Assembly (NCBI RefSeq): GCF_018350175.1
Contig: NC_058370.1
Location: 72,292,001 to 72,355,868 of the forward strand
Reading direction: 5' to 3'
DNA length: 63,868 nt
From: Felis catus
Taxonomy: Eukaryota
The notes beneath the pieces are model-generated. The model did not search any database. It was not told the DNA's origin and worked only from the letters and a program-made list of their open reading frames with translations. The position numbers and the translations under genes are program-made. Position 1 is the stretch's first letter; each line of letters opens with the position of its first letter. This document shows positions 24,922-38,025 of this stretch, piece after piece.

Positions 24922-25820
24922 TTTTTTTTTCTTTTAATCATTATATAATTAGTGTCTTTTTTTCTTTGTTTGTTTTTGTTTTCTTTTATTTATTTTTTTT
25001 AATTTACATCCAATTTTGTTAGCATATAGTGGAATAATGATTTCCGAAGTAGAATCCAATGGTTCATCCCCTATGTATAATACCCAGTGCTCATCCCAAC
25101 AAGTGTCTTCCTTAATGCCCCTTACTCATTTAGCCCATCCCCCCACCCCAACCCCTCTGGCAACCCTCAGTTTGTTCTCTATATTTAAGAATCTCTTATA
25201 TTTTGTCCCCTCCCTGTTTTTATATTATTTTTCCATCCCTTCCCTTATGTTCATCTGTTTCGTATCTTAAATTCCACATATGAGTGAAGTCATATGATAC
25301 TTGTCATTCTCTGACTGACTTATTTTGCATAGCATAACACCCTCTGGCTCTAACCACATTGTTGCAAGTGTCAAGATTTCATTCTTTTTGCTTGCCAAGT
25401 AATACTCCATTGTGTATATATATACCACATCTTCTTTATCCATTCATCCATCGATAGACATTTGGGCTCTTTCCATACTTTGGCTATTGTTGATAGTGCT
25501 GCTGTAAACATTGGGCAACAATAGATATTGTTGTCGTAGTTAGTGTTAGATATTGTATTGTAGTTAGTGTTAGCCATTCTGGCAGGTGTGAGGTGTTGTC
25601 GCATTGTGGTTTTGACTTGTATTTCCCTGATGATGAGGGATTTTGAACATTTTTTCATGTGTCTGTTAGCCATCTGGATGTCTTCATTGGAAAAGTGTCA
25701 TTTCATGTCTTTTGCCCATTTCTTCACTGGATTATCTGTTTTTTGGGTTTGAGTTTGATAAGTTCTTTACAGATTTTGGATACTCTTTTTTTATTTTTTT
25801 AAGTCTTTTTTATTTTTATT

Positions 25821-25857
<37 letters not shown>

Positions 25858-26897
25858 GAGCATGAGCGGGGGAGGGGCAGAGAGAGGGAGACACAGAACC
25901 TGAAGCAGGCTCCAGACTCTAAGCTGTCAGCACAGAACCCTACACGGGGCTCAAACTCACAAACCATGAGCTCGTGGCCTGAGTGGAAGTCAGAGGCTTA
26001 ACCAACTGAGCTACCTAGGTGCCCCTTGGATACTAACCCTTTATCTGTTATGTCATTTGCAAATGTCTTCTCCCATTCTGTCGGTTGCCTTTTAGTTTTG
26101 CTGATTGTTTCCTTCGCTGTGCAGAAGGTTTGATTTTGGTGAGGTCCCAATAGTTCATGTTTGCTTTTGTTTCTCTTGCCTCCAGAGACGTGTTGAGTAA
26201 GAAGTTGTTGTGACCGAGTTCAAAGAGATTTTTGCTTGCTTTCTTCTCTAAGGTTTTGATGACTTCCCGTCTTATGTTTAGGTCTTTCATCCATTTTGAG
26301 TTTATTTTTTGTATGGTGTAAAAAAGTGGTCCAGGTTCATTTTTCTGCATGTCGCTGTCCAGTTTTCCCAACACCACTTGCTGAAGAGACTGTCTTTATT
26401 CCATTGGATATACTTTCCTGTTTTGTCAAAGATTAGTTGGCCATATGTTTGTGGGTCCATTTCTGGATTCTCTATTCTGTTTCATTGATCTGAGTGTCTG
26501 TTTTTGTGCCAGTACCATAGCATCTTGATGATTACAGCTTTGTAATACATCTTGAAGTCCTGGATTGTGATGCCTCCAGCTTTGGTTTTCTTTTTCAGGA
26601 CTGCTTTGGCTATTCGGGGTCTTTTCTGGCTCCATACAAATTTTAGGAATGTTTGTTCCAGCTCTGTGANNNNNNNNNNNNNNNNNNNNNNNNNNNNNNN
26701 NNNNNNNNNNNNNNNNNNNNNNNNNNNNNNNNNNNNNNNNNNNNNNNNNNNNNNNNNNNNNNNNNNNNNNNNNNNNNNNNNNNNNNNNNNNNNNNNNNNN
26801 NNNNNNNNNNNNNNNNNNNNNNNNNNNNNNNNNNNNNNNNNNNNNNNNNNNNNNNNNNNNNNNNNNNNNNNNNNNNNNNNNNNNNNNNNNNNNTGCA
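24922..26897 (-). mobile_element. Carnivore L1, 5'-truncated (~2 kb; ORF2 C-terminal part plus 3'UTR), degenerate
   Basis: ORF2-like translations (25371..25673 '[38 protein letters not shown]'; 26048..26377 '[10 protein letters not shown]'). 14-bp TSD gcccaccacctctt at 24908-24921 and 26898-26911. The 5' end is masked by N. Confidence 0.95.
25785..26025 (-). mobile_element. CAN-SINE (feliform) inserted into L1
   Basis: Reverse SINEC body. TSD 'ttggatact' on both sides. Confidence 0.95.
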
Positions 26898-28654
26898 GCC
26901 CACCACCTCTTAAAGAATTTCTCCCTGGATTCTCCTTGCTCCCCTCTCTCCATGGTACCAGCTTTGTTTACGTGTTTTCTATCCTTCCATCCAGCTGTCC
27001 TTCTGTTCTCTGTACCCCCAAACCTCACTCTCCAGCCACCTCTCCCATATTCCCCTCTTGGGTATTTGCAGGGACTGCAAACCCTGGGCTCAACCACAGA
27101 AAAGGAGTAAGATCATGATAGTGGTGGTGGTAACTCCATTATGCACATCAGTTTTCTGTCTCAATGCCCTACACTGAGCAGCCCATGTCACAGTTGAGAT
27201 AGAGTTCAGGGGAGGGTAAACAGGAGAATCACAAAATTCCCTAATTCTACTGAAGGGGTGGCTTTCAAATTTTCTTGGTTAAGAATCTTAATAAAAAATA
27301 CATTTACATTGCAAACCCAGTATACACACACATACAAACATGATAGGTAGATGATAGTTAAATACACAGAGATATTATAATCTCATTAAAATGCTCTCTG
27401 AGACTTCCTTTTTGTCTTTCAGTTCATTTTTTAATGAAAAACTTCTACTTGGCTGCAACTTGTTACATCAGTTTCACCACCCACTAAGGGATCTTACTGT
27501 AGCTTGCACTCCTAAAGCAACCAACATCTAAAAATGACAAAATTTTCTTCTCACCGCAGGAAAAGAGATACATCTTCCACTGACGCACGCACACACACGC
27601 CCACCTGAGGCATCATCTTGCCCCCAACACAGGTTCCTGAGCCAGAGAGAAAAAAAAAAAAATCAATGACTCTCCTTCATTCTGGGTTTTATAGGCAGCA
27701 TGAACTCACTTGACCATAGTGAGGCTCAAAATAGAGCACCAGTTCCCATGGTGACCAGTGCCTGTGAAGGAGCTCCTTTCAGGTGGAGGGACTAGTAGCT
27801 CAGCCAGAGTGGAGCAAGCAAGCCAAGGACCAGATCAGAGGCAACTCAGAATGTGATGGACTACAGTGGCTTTTGGGGACAGAAGCCAGAATCCAGTGGC
27901 CCAAGATGTACATAGAAATGCAGGATAGAAGAATACAGTTGGACAAATGAATAATGAGACCACAGTCACAAGTAGGGCACCCGAGGGAGTCAGTGTCTAC
28001 ATAGAAGGGAAAGGTGGTTGATGCCAAATACAGAGGGAACCAGGGCGTCAGGAACTGAGACCGGCTGGGGAGCAAGGGTAGGAACAAGTGCTCCAGAGGG
28101 AAATGGATGCAGCTCCATTAGAATTTCAATTTATTTGAATTTGAGATAGCATCCCATTTTGGCTAGCTACTTTTCAGCACCTTTACTCCTAGGACATACA
28201 TCTTCTCAAACAGGGGTGTTTGAGGTGTGCATTCATTATCCCTCCCTGAAGTTAAATTTATTTTCCCTGATTTTTAAGCTCAAGACAGCCTTGTTGGTAT
28301 GTTTACACCGTGGTGTTTATTTTCAGAGGTAGAGTTGCAATAAATGAAAAATATTTTCCCTTCTAGTAGAATGGGAAATATTACACTTAGATATTTATAA
28401 GTATGACTGGTTATTTTTTAAAACATGAAAGTCAAAAATACTATAATTATTATACATTGCTGGCAATAATTTTCTGAGTGTGTCTAGTATAAAGACTGAA
28501 AGTAATATTCATGACATGAACTGTACTTCAAACTGAATATAGAATAAAAATGGATTTAAATAACCAGAGAGAACTGCATATCTAAGTAGTATATGCAAAG
28601 CAGTTTAACTCTTTTATGCTAGAGTTACAGTGATGGGAAATCACCATAATAAAA

Positions 28655-28885
28655 GTAATAAGCTACTATTTTTTCAGTACCTATTTTATTCCAAGTACTA
28701 TGATAGTTGTTTTATGTGCATTCTCTTATTTAATAGTCACAATAACCACAAGAAGTAGATACCATTAACCCTACTGTCTAGATGAGGCAACGGAAACGCA
28801 GAAAGATCAAGTTATCTACCCAAGGTTACACAGCTAGTAAGTGGCCAAATAGGAATGGGACCTATATCGCCTGGCACAAGTCTAT
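28655..28885 (-). mobile_element. MIR SINE
   Basis: 'cacaataaccacaagaagtagataccatt..gatgaggcaacggaa..ccaaggttacacagctagtaagtggc'. Confidence 0.75.
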
Positions 28886-31069
28886 GTTTTGTGTTCCTCC
28901 CTGTCTCCTTCATCTCAGTCTTTAGAGGGATGGCATGCAGGTGCTTACTCTGGGTACAAGGTTTTGCCTGATCAAATGCCATCATCTTTGGAAACTGTCA
29001 GAAAATTATTCTAGAGAATTATGTTCCATCACCAAAAGTAACCAGACCATATACTCACTCATGCAGAATGGAAACTAAACTCATATGGCCTTCAGAGGGT
29101 TTCTTTTCAGAGAGCTGCTGAGGAGCAGGAGCATTCCCCACTACGGCAATATCTGGGGAGCCCAGTTAAACCTGTGGGTTCAGAGGCTTTGGATATTTCC
29201 CCTAGCAGACTGCATGCTCCATGGAGACCACTGTATGTAGCATAGAATGGGCCACATTTTGGGGACACTTAATCCTGATTACCTATTTAGGGTCTCTCCC
29301 AGAAGAACACTTCAGAACGGTTATGCTCTACAATGACTCACCCCATTTACCCCCAGTGCTTCATTCCCATAACCTCCTCCTCCTGATCTCCCTTCCAGAC
29401 ACCCTTAGAACTGAAAGCATCTCCAGTGCTCTTCCCTAGAAGCACTTTTCTGCATTCAAGTGAGTAAGTGCATCAAGACATGTCTGAGTCTCGTTATGTT
29501 CTTCCTTCACTGAGGAGAGAAGGTAGCTAATGACGGTTCTCTTCCATCACATCCTGCACAGGCTCCTCAGCAGCAACCAGGAATTCCTGGACAAAGCAGC
29601 ACAAAAGATACCTAAAATGGGCCCGAAAAGTATTGCATTATTTGATCAAGGAGACACTTTATTTTAATAATGAACTCCAATTTTAATGAGCTAGTAATTC
29701 ATGTGTTTCCTTGGATTTGGAACCTATGTACATTTTTTAATGAACACTTTGCCTCTTTCAGAAGTAGCCTTCTCTATTTTTTGCCATAATTATGTGATAT
29801 GTGATCTAATCATGATTTCTTATATGAGTGGTGAGAGTATAAAACTTTAATGGGGGGGGAGGGGAGAAACAAAGTAGAGACCAACCTTCTAAATGGAACA
29901 TAAATGGAACAATACACAGCCATGAAGGGAAATTTGATGATACAATAACTTTTATTAACTTGATATGCTGACTGAGAAAAGAAATAGCATGCATTTTTTA
30001 AAAGTGACTTTTACAGAAGAATAATTTGTTTGCATAAAATATGATTACTTACCCTCATAAATGTTTATTTGAATATATTGCACTGTAACCAAAGCCAACT
30101 GCATCAGCCACAGCAGGGAAACCCAATTCTGAATTGCAAAACAAACCAAAGGTGTGACTAGGTGCACATCAGCATCCCATGCTGACTGGAGGAAATTTTG
30201 GCACTTAAAATTCTGCTGATTTTCCAGGATGAGGGGCTCTCATGAGACCAAATCCTTTAGAAATGGTGGGGTTGGGAGGGAACTACAACTCAGACTGGGG
30301 CCTACCCCTTCCAAAAAGAACAACACCTGGAAGAGGCTGGTCAGCACCTTTCTTAGGTTCACCTGAGTTTCCAACCCACTGTCCACAGTAGAATCTCAAC
30401 TGGCAACGAGCTGTAGACACCATTTTTATATGTGTACATTCAAATAAGTGTCGGATTTAGAAAAAAGGTTACATGGGCTGTGCTCTCCAACTGACCAGTC
30501 TTCACCATTTCCATTCTTCTTTGACTTCGACCTCCATTCATTTACCTCTTCAGCCCCGTGAGCCCTGGGATTCCTGACCTACACATCCTGCTATCACTAA
30601 GCTGAAAACTGGAAGCTCTTCAGGGACACAGGCTCAGATTGTCTCCATCTAGAGGGGAGTGCAGAAAGGTGGGGGAAGAGAACTCATCCTTGACAAATGC
30701 TTTTACACTCATTTTCTCACCTGAGGCTGCCCAACACATCACAGCAAGTCAATGGTAGAGGAAGCCCTAAGACTTAGTATCCCCATTTCCTAGGGCCCAG
30801 ATCTTCCAAAGATCCTAAAGCTATCTCCGTTCCTAACAAATTTCATATTCTATAATCATTTACTGATGAAGGATGCAAGAGATTACTAAGGAATTACTAT
30901 GGAGGAAGTGCAGAAAGATAGGCAAGTTTTCATGGGTCAGACCCATTGAAATCAGGCAACTTAAAAAAAAAAGATTGTTCTTACAGTGAAGATTCTCCAT
31001 AATTGGACAACTTCTTTATGTGGTGTCATCAAGGAAAATCTCTTTAATGTTGTGATTTCTTTCTCTGAT

Positions 31070-31680
31070 TTTACTTTTATTTGCATTTATTTTATACAGA
31101 ATTTACTCCCAGGCCCTAAGTTGTTGTTTCTTCAGTTTCTTCTGGGGTATTTTTTCTTCTGTGCAGCCTCCTCTTCTGGATTAGGAACAATCTGCTCTTT
31201 TCCAGTAAGGATCATCTCCATGTGACAGGGAGAGTTCATGTATGTGTTAATCCAGCCATGAGCCCTGAAAGTTCTATTCCACATCTTAGGGGCTTTGTTC
31301 ACCTGGATATGCTTCACCAGAGAATCTANNNNNNNNNNNNNNNNNNNNNNNNNNNNNNNNNNNNNNNNNNNNNNNNNNNNNNNNNNNNNNNNNNNNNNNN
31401 NNNNNNNNNNNNNNNNNNNNNNNNNNNNNNNNNNNNNNNNNNNNNNNNNNNNNNNNNNNNNNNNNNNGTGACGGAATGACACACATCACTTCTGCATAAT
31501 GACATCCTTCAAATAGTTGGTGGCTTTTCAGATATGCCACCAATGTGACCTGGGTAGTTGCACATGTGTTCTTAAAGTGAGCATGAAGATTTGAAACTTG
31601 ATCTGCATGATTTTGTAGGGTTTTCTGGATCAAGTGAATAGCAAACCATTTTCAGAGATCACCTCAGACTGTTTAAGGGT
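31070..31680 (-). pseudogene. RPL17: RPL17 (60S ribosomal protein L17/uL22) processed pseudogene
   Basis: Minus-strand ATG at 31649 reads MVCYSLDPENPTKSC (parent MVRYSLDPENPTKSC). Further on: [54 protein letters not shown], then [12 protein letters not shown] with stop at 31103-31105. A 5'UTR-like 'ctgaggtgatctctgaaaatgg' and a downstream aataaa are present. No introns; frameshifts and many substitutions. The middle is masked by 139 N. Confidence 0.95.
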
Positions 31681-34600
31681 AGAAGTGATTTTTGTTTTCA
31701 GGTAAACAGGAAAGCGTGATTTCTGATGTCACCTTGTTACTTCTACTGTTGAACCTTGTCATACTGAAAACAACATAAAACAGGGACAGGACAAAGCATG
31801 GAAATGAAAAGGTAGAAACATTGAAACTCCTAATGTGCCAAGCACTGGGCTTGGTGAGTTACGTGCCATGACATGGGATCTTCATCACTCTTCACTTTAG
31901 AAATCTAGAAGCAGAAGTTAAGTTGGCCAAGGTCACAGAGCAAGTAATGAAGTAGATGGCCCATGCTGTATCTCTCAGAACTGCTGGCCAATTACCATTT
32001 AGATTCACAGCTTCATTTTTTTTTTTTTTTTTTTTTTTTGGATTATACTACATGGATTCGGATTATGTTGTATAAGGCTGGAATTAAAACACAACATATT
32101 TACTGTGACATTTTCATTTACCCAGGCAATTTCTGTTTCTCCTTCACTTACCTAGGCAGGGCCTTAGTTAGTGGTCCACAGTTCAGTGAATAGCCACAAT
32201 TTCAAATCTGACTCCCAAAGCCATTTCTTTATAATGCAATTGCAGAAAACAGAAGGGGCAGATGTCAGTAGTAATGCCACTGCATAGAGACAATTTCTGG
32301 AAATGTAGCCTGAAAGAGGATTTGTTCTAACTGCTGATGACTGTCTCAGTTCTCTTATTGCCTTTGGCTATAGAGGAACTGAAGACCAGCAAAAAATTCC
32401 GGCCTCCTCTCACAGAGAGCTCTTCACCCAGGGGTTCATGGCTCCATCCAGTGCACAAGCAAACAGCCCTGATAGAAGGGCCGATAACTGCATTTCCAGA
32501 CACTGTGTTATGACTGTGTCCACCATAGGAAGTTAGTTTTGTCTTTTTAAAAAATCATCACGAAGGTATCCTCACAGCATGAAGCCTGAGAAAGAGTGGT
32601 AAATACCTCACACAGTGTGTCAAGAGTAAAGTTAACGACAAAATTGCGAATATTTTATTTCCACATTATTTCCCTAAGCCCCCTTGTCGTCCAGACCTTT
32701 CCGTCCTTTTAAACCACAGGTAGCTTCTGGCGAAGCTTAAGACAGATGGCAATGTAGAGTTCCTGGCAACCAAGATAAATGTGCGTAATATCAAGCACCT
32801 ACCTTACAGCTTCAGAGGATCACAACACACCAGCTCCTTCCCGAGGCTTCAGGAAGGGTCGCTTGCTAAAATAATTTTCTGGTTAACAAGAAATCTATGC
32901 AACATTTCATGCCCTGCTTGTTTCAGAAGCCCCCTCTGAGGGATCCACGCTATGCATTTTAATTTAGGTTTACACGTTTTGTTTTTTAATAGCATGAACT
33001 ATGCATAACAACACATTTCACAATATGAAATGAAAAGCCCTTGATACAGTTCATCCACTGGAAGGTTTTAAGTCTAAATCCAGAACAAATAAAGCAAAAT
33101 AAACACAGCAGGACTCCAACTTTCCTCTTCTCACGTTTGGTAATTTGTTTGGGCATAGAATGAGGGGAGATTTGGGGCATGGAAGAAGTGGAGGAAGCAG
33201 GGAATCAACAACTGTGCGTGACCTGCCAAGGAATCCTTATTCTCATCTGGAGCCAAAGACCTTTTATTGAACATCACAGTATGCAAGATGCTGTCCTGAA
33301 TCCCTCTTGGTCATTTTGCCATATTTGCTGGAAATCAATCCTTTTGCAATCAGCTCAGATTTGAGAGGCTTTTTACCATTGCAGCATGTAAATGGGGATT
33401 TCAGATGCATTTGAAAACACAGTAGGAGGGCTAATTTGGAGATAATAGACATTTTCTATTTGTTTGTGTTCAAATCCACAAGGTTGTATAGAGCTCCAGG
33501 AACTTGTTGGTTAACAGAGATTTTCTAACAAAAGCTCCATCCAGAACCTTGCAGTGGCCTCCAAGTATGCATTGATCCCAGTGTCTGACCCATGAGGAGA
33601 AAGGTACAGAGCACTTACTTGATTCACCCACAGTCACACAGGGTGTGAGTGGCCACTTTCAAACATGTTTTCAAAACCTGTGCTCCATATTGACATCTGA
33701 TTCCCAACGTCCATCCTAAAGACCCTGAAGAAGTGGGAAGCACTGAAGATGCTGAGTGATTCTAGGAAGTGGCCCCCTGCCCCTCCTGCTCTTAACTGGT
33801 AGAATTTGCAGCATCAGTGTCCTCTGGCAGGCTGATCCATTTCTCCCAGGGCTTAGAGGAGTTTGACTAGTGGGTGTGGACAAATGAAACCTCTTTAGAG
33901 AACATTTTGCATTTAGACGAGCCATGAACATAAAGTTGCTTCAATCAACAAGCATGGCAAAAAAACAAGATCTAGAATTCAACTCTTAGTTTCTTTTCCT
34001 TTGTGATATTCATACAAATATTCTTCCTGGCCTCTGAAGTCATCTGCAATAGGAAAATCCTTGTCATTTCTCCCCATTACATTAGTCTAAAAGCTAAACA
34101 GTTGCAAATGAGGTTGCAAAGATGCCTTACCTTCTTTCTATCTTCTAAGCCTAGTCATCCTTCAAGATCCAACCCCAGTGAGTCTTCCCCAACCACTCAT
34201 GGCTCAGGCTGATTTACCATGGATATTAGCTTCAGGGTCCTATACCGTTCAGGTCTCCCCCAACCTGGTTTCTGTAAAAACTGAGAATTAAAACAGACAA
34301 AATATCAACTTTATTACCAAGTGGTTTTGTTAGACTAACCTCTACATTTGTTTAGGCAGACTTGCTCCCATAGGGCAAGTGATAGATAGTTGTCCAGGAG
34401 AAACATACACTTTGCAAGAGAAGGATTGAAGAGAGCCCATGCCCTATGTGGACAAGCTAGCTCCCAAGAGGAGGAAGGATGGAACTATCTAGAGCATGTG
34501 ACTCCTACCCTCCATGGGGGTGGAGTGAATAAAAGGGAAAGAACAGTTTGACATGTGCTTAGGAAAATTCCTCCTTGAAGAAGCTGGTGGGGCGGGGGGG

Positions 34601-35564
34601 GGGGGGGTGGAATGTGTTCTCCTTTGGCATATAATCCTGTATTAAATTTCCCCACACATATTAGTTTTGCCCCTTTATCTGGATTTTTAAGCTTCTTCAG
34701 GAGATCCATTTCTTACATGTCTCGTATGCCTCACAGAAGCAAACACAATGGTAGGTGAATAATGGGTATGTAACAAATATCTGTCTTTAAAATGATTGAT
34801 AAGAGCAAGGATTGTGCAAAGTTAACTGTTCACATTTGTGAAAAACAACTAAACCTTAGAAATTCAAATCTGTTTCATCAATAGGTTGACCAGTTTGGAC
34901 CTCGGTCCCAGGTCAAATCCTCATATCTAAAAATCCTGACCTAAAGTCATACAGCCTTATACTCTATTGTTAAAAAAAAAAAATGTTCTATTTCATTACT
35001 CAGAACACATTATCAACCAAAGACCTTAAGCATAATTTGGCAGAAGTTCATTCTTCACAAACTCAGAACCTAAATTTCGATTGTCCCTTAATGAAACATC
35101 TACGGAAAATATTGCAAAGTTTGGTTGAAAGAAAAAGAGAAATACATACAAGTTGCAAGAAATAGAGCTGGGAACTACCACTTAAGGTGCAAACACAGGT
35201 AGCATATACTCAAATTCCTCCCAATTTGTTGATGAAAATCTTACAGTTATGCCATAGTCAGAAAGAAGAAAATTTATACTCTGAAGAAATGCCCTATCAG
35301 CACACAGAGTAAACTGTGGGTGTAAAATTCCTAGTGTTTACATACCATCTGCCTCGATATGAAAAATGCAGTTACAGGCATATGTGAAAGCATAACAAAT
35401 GAATGAAATTCAAAACTAGAATGTCCTGAAAGTCAAGCTCTAAAAGTTCTCCCAAATGAGAGCTGTTGAGATGATACCTTCCTTCTGAACAAACAGATTG
35501 CAAGAGCATTAGTGAAGTGGTTACATATATATCAGTCAGGGTCCTCTCTCTGGAAGAGGTAACT

Positions 35565-35772
35565 TATTTTTTTTAACATTTATTCATTTTTGAGAGACAG
35601 AGAGAGAGCGTGAGTAAGGGTGGGGCAGAGAGAGGGAGACACAGAATCTGAAGCAGGCTCCAGGATCTGAGCTGTCAGCACAGAGCCCAACGCAGGGCTC
35701 GAACTCACGAACCATGAGATCATGACCTAAGCCAAAGTCAGTTGTTTAACCAACTGAGCCACCCAGGTGCCC
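35565..35772 (-). mobile_element. CAN-SINE (feliform)
   Basis: Reverse SINEC body. TSD 'tggaagaggtaa'. Confidence 0.95.
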
Positions 35773-36649
35773 CTGGAAGAGGTAATTTTTAAGTATCCCT
35801 AAAGAAAAACAAAAAACAAAAACAAATGCAGCCTGGAGACAAATGCATGCATTGATCCATACCTGAGCAAGAAACTATCTTCTGTAAAGGAAGATCTGCA
35901 ACTCTTAACCATCATCAACCAGAGATAATTGATAGAAACACTTATAAAGATAAACCACTTTATATCAATGATGTTGGTGGGTTCTGTCACCTCTAGAGAT
36001 GCTTCTGAGGAACACCCTGGGAAAGCAGCCTTCTTAGGCAGACATTAACTACCAAGTGCTCACTAGCAAGTCAGCCTTAAATGGTGATGAAGTAGAAACT
36101 ATAGAAACACCACCATGAACTGGCTCCAAGAAAGTTCACCAAAACCTACCCAAACTTCCCCAGTTACTTTCTAAACCATTTTAAAAAAATTATTCCTGTG
36201 ACTTAATGAATTCATGTAGCTATTTCATTGAATAGACATTTATATAGTCCTTATTATGTGTCAAGCAGGGTTTTAGCGGCATTACTTCTCTTGCCAAGCC
36301 TATGGGGTGATAATACTTGAGGATATTGGGCACAGAGAGACTAAGTAACTTGCCTGACACCACACAACTCCTAAATGAATTGAATGCAAATGGTTCCGGC
36401 TCTTGAGTCCATGCTGCTCATCATAAGTGTGAATAACGGAGTAACCCTCTTTGGTCATGATCATCATGGATAGGCCCTCATTACCTCTCCCTGCAACTAC
36501 CAATATAAAAGGTTTGTGTTTGTATATATATGGCCAAGAACAGATTATATGGACAATCTAACATTAATGTCTATGCTGTTAGCATTTCGAACATCTTAGA
36601 ATATATTACAGTCCATTCTCCAAGTAACTTAGACATAAAGGTATAAGAC

Positions 36650-37284
36650 AATAGTTCTCAAACTGTACTAAGAATCAGAATCCCCTGGAAAACTTGCTAA
36701 AACTCAAATTGCTGGGCCCCTTTGCCAAAGTTTCTGACTGAGCAGGTCCCAAGAATTTTTTCTAATGCCTCCCAGGTATTGGTCCTGCTGCTGAAGGGAA
36801 CCTGGATTGGTCTGCTAGAGCTGCCATAAGAGAACCCCAATGACTGGGCAGCTTACACAACAGAAAATTCTTTTTCTCATAGTTCTGGAAGTTGGAGCTC
36901 AAGATCAAGATGTTGGCAGGTTTGGTTTCTCCTGAGGCCTCTCTCTTTGGCTTGTAGATGGCCACCTTCTTGCTGTGTCTTCACATGACCTTTCCTCTGT
37001 GTTCATCCCTAGTGTCTCTCCCATTTTTATAAGGACAGCAGTCATATTGTATTAGAGCCCCACTAGGGGCCTAAGTTTAACTCTATCACCTCTTTGAAGG
37101 TCCCATCTCCAATGCAGTCACATGGATTAGGGCTACCCATACGATTTCATTTAATTATACCTCTTTAAAAACTCTATCTCCAAATATAGTTACATTCTGA
37201 GGGACTAGACACTGGGACTGAAATATATGAATTAGGAGGGTACACAAGTCAGCCCATAATAGTGCCATATTTTGAGACCACTGG
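36650..37284. mobile_element. MER5A-like hAT-Charlie MITE split by an MLT1 LTR
   Basis: 'agttctcaaactg..atcagaatcccctggaaaacttgctaaaactcaaattgctgggcccc' and the terminus 'ttttgagaccactg'. Confidence 0.7.
36803..37261 (-). mobile_element. MaLR solo LTR (MLT1B/C-like)
   Basis: 'gctgccataa..cttacacaacagaaaattc..tctcatagttctggaagttggag..caagatcaagatgttggcaggtttggtttctcctgaggcctctctc..cagcccataata'. Confidence 0.85.
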
Positions 37285-37732
37285 TCAAGAGAATGCAACA
37301 AGTACAATGCAAAGGGCATGCCTTGGCCAGGAACCCCATGAAGACCATCATCCATGCATGCCAATGAATTAAACATGTTCATTTGAATCTGTTTTTACTG
37401 ATGAATCTCACTTCTGCCTCTCACTCCAAGCCGTGATGTGCTGACCAGAGAAGGGCTCTCTGACTTTCACCAGCTCTCTCAGATCTGAGATCTTGCAGAT
37501 GCCTTCAGATGTTGACAATTATCCTTTCTCTACCCTTTCTCTGAACCTTGGGGTTCACATCTATAAAGCCAAGAAAACCAATGTCTACATTAATTTACTC
37601 ATGCAATCCAAAAATTAAGTCATGGTAGATAAAAATAAGATTGCTCCCTAAGACATAAACTAGAATTATAAATTAAAAAGCAGATCCAGGTGTCAGCATA
37701 TGTAAGTCACCTTAAAGACAAAAATGGCTCCC

Positions 37733-38025
37733 TGTCTTAATCTTTTTGGGCTGCTATAACAAAAATGCCACAAATTGGGTATCTTGTAAACAACAGAAAT
37801 TTCTTTCTCACAGTTTTGGAGGTTGGGAAGTCCAAGATCAAGATGCCAGCAGATTTAATGTCTGTTAAGGGCCCACTTCTTCACAGACAGCTGCCTTCTC
37901 CTGTGCTTTCACAAGATACAAGGGACAAGAGACCTCTCTGGTGACTCTTCTGTAAGGGTGCTAACCCCATTCATGAGGGCTCCACCTGTGAATCTGGGGA
38001 GTTTATATCCATTCAGACCAAAGCA
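37733..38025 (-). mobile_element. MaLR solo LTR (MLT1A-like, internally deleted)
   Basis: 'tgtcttaatc..gggctgctataacaaaa..ccccattcatgagggctccacc..cattcagaccaaagca'. Confidence 0.85.

Noticed and set aside
26426-27118. Long ORFs of 223 and 188 aa
   Set aside because: Length is inflated by the 224-N block, and the remainder is off-frame L1 and flank.
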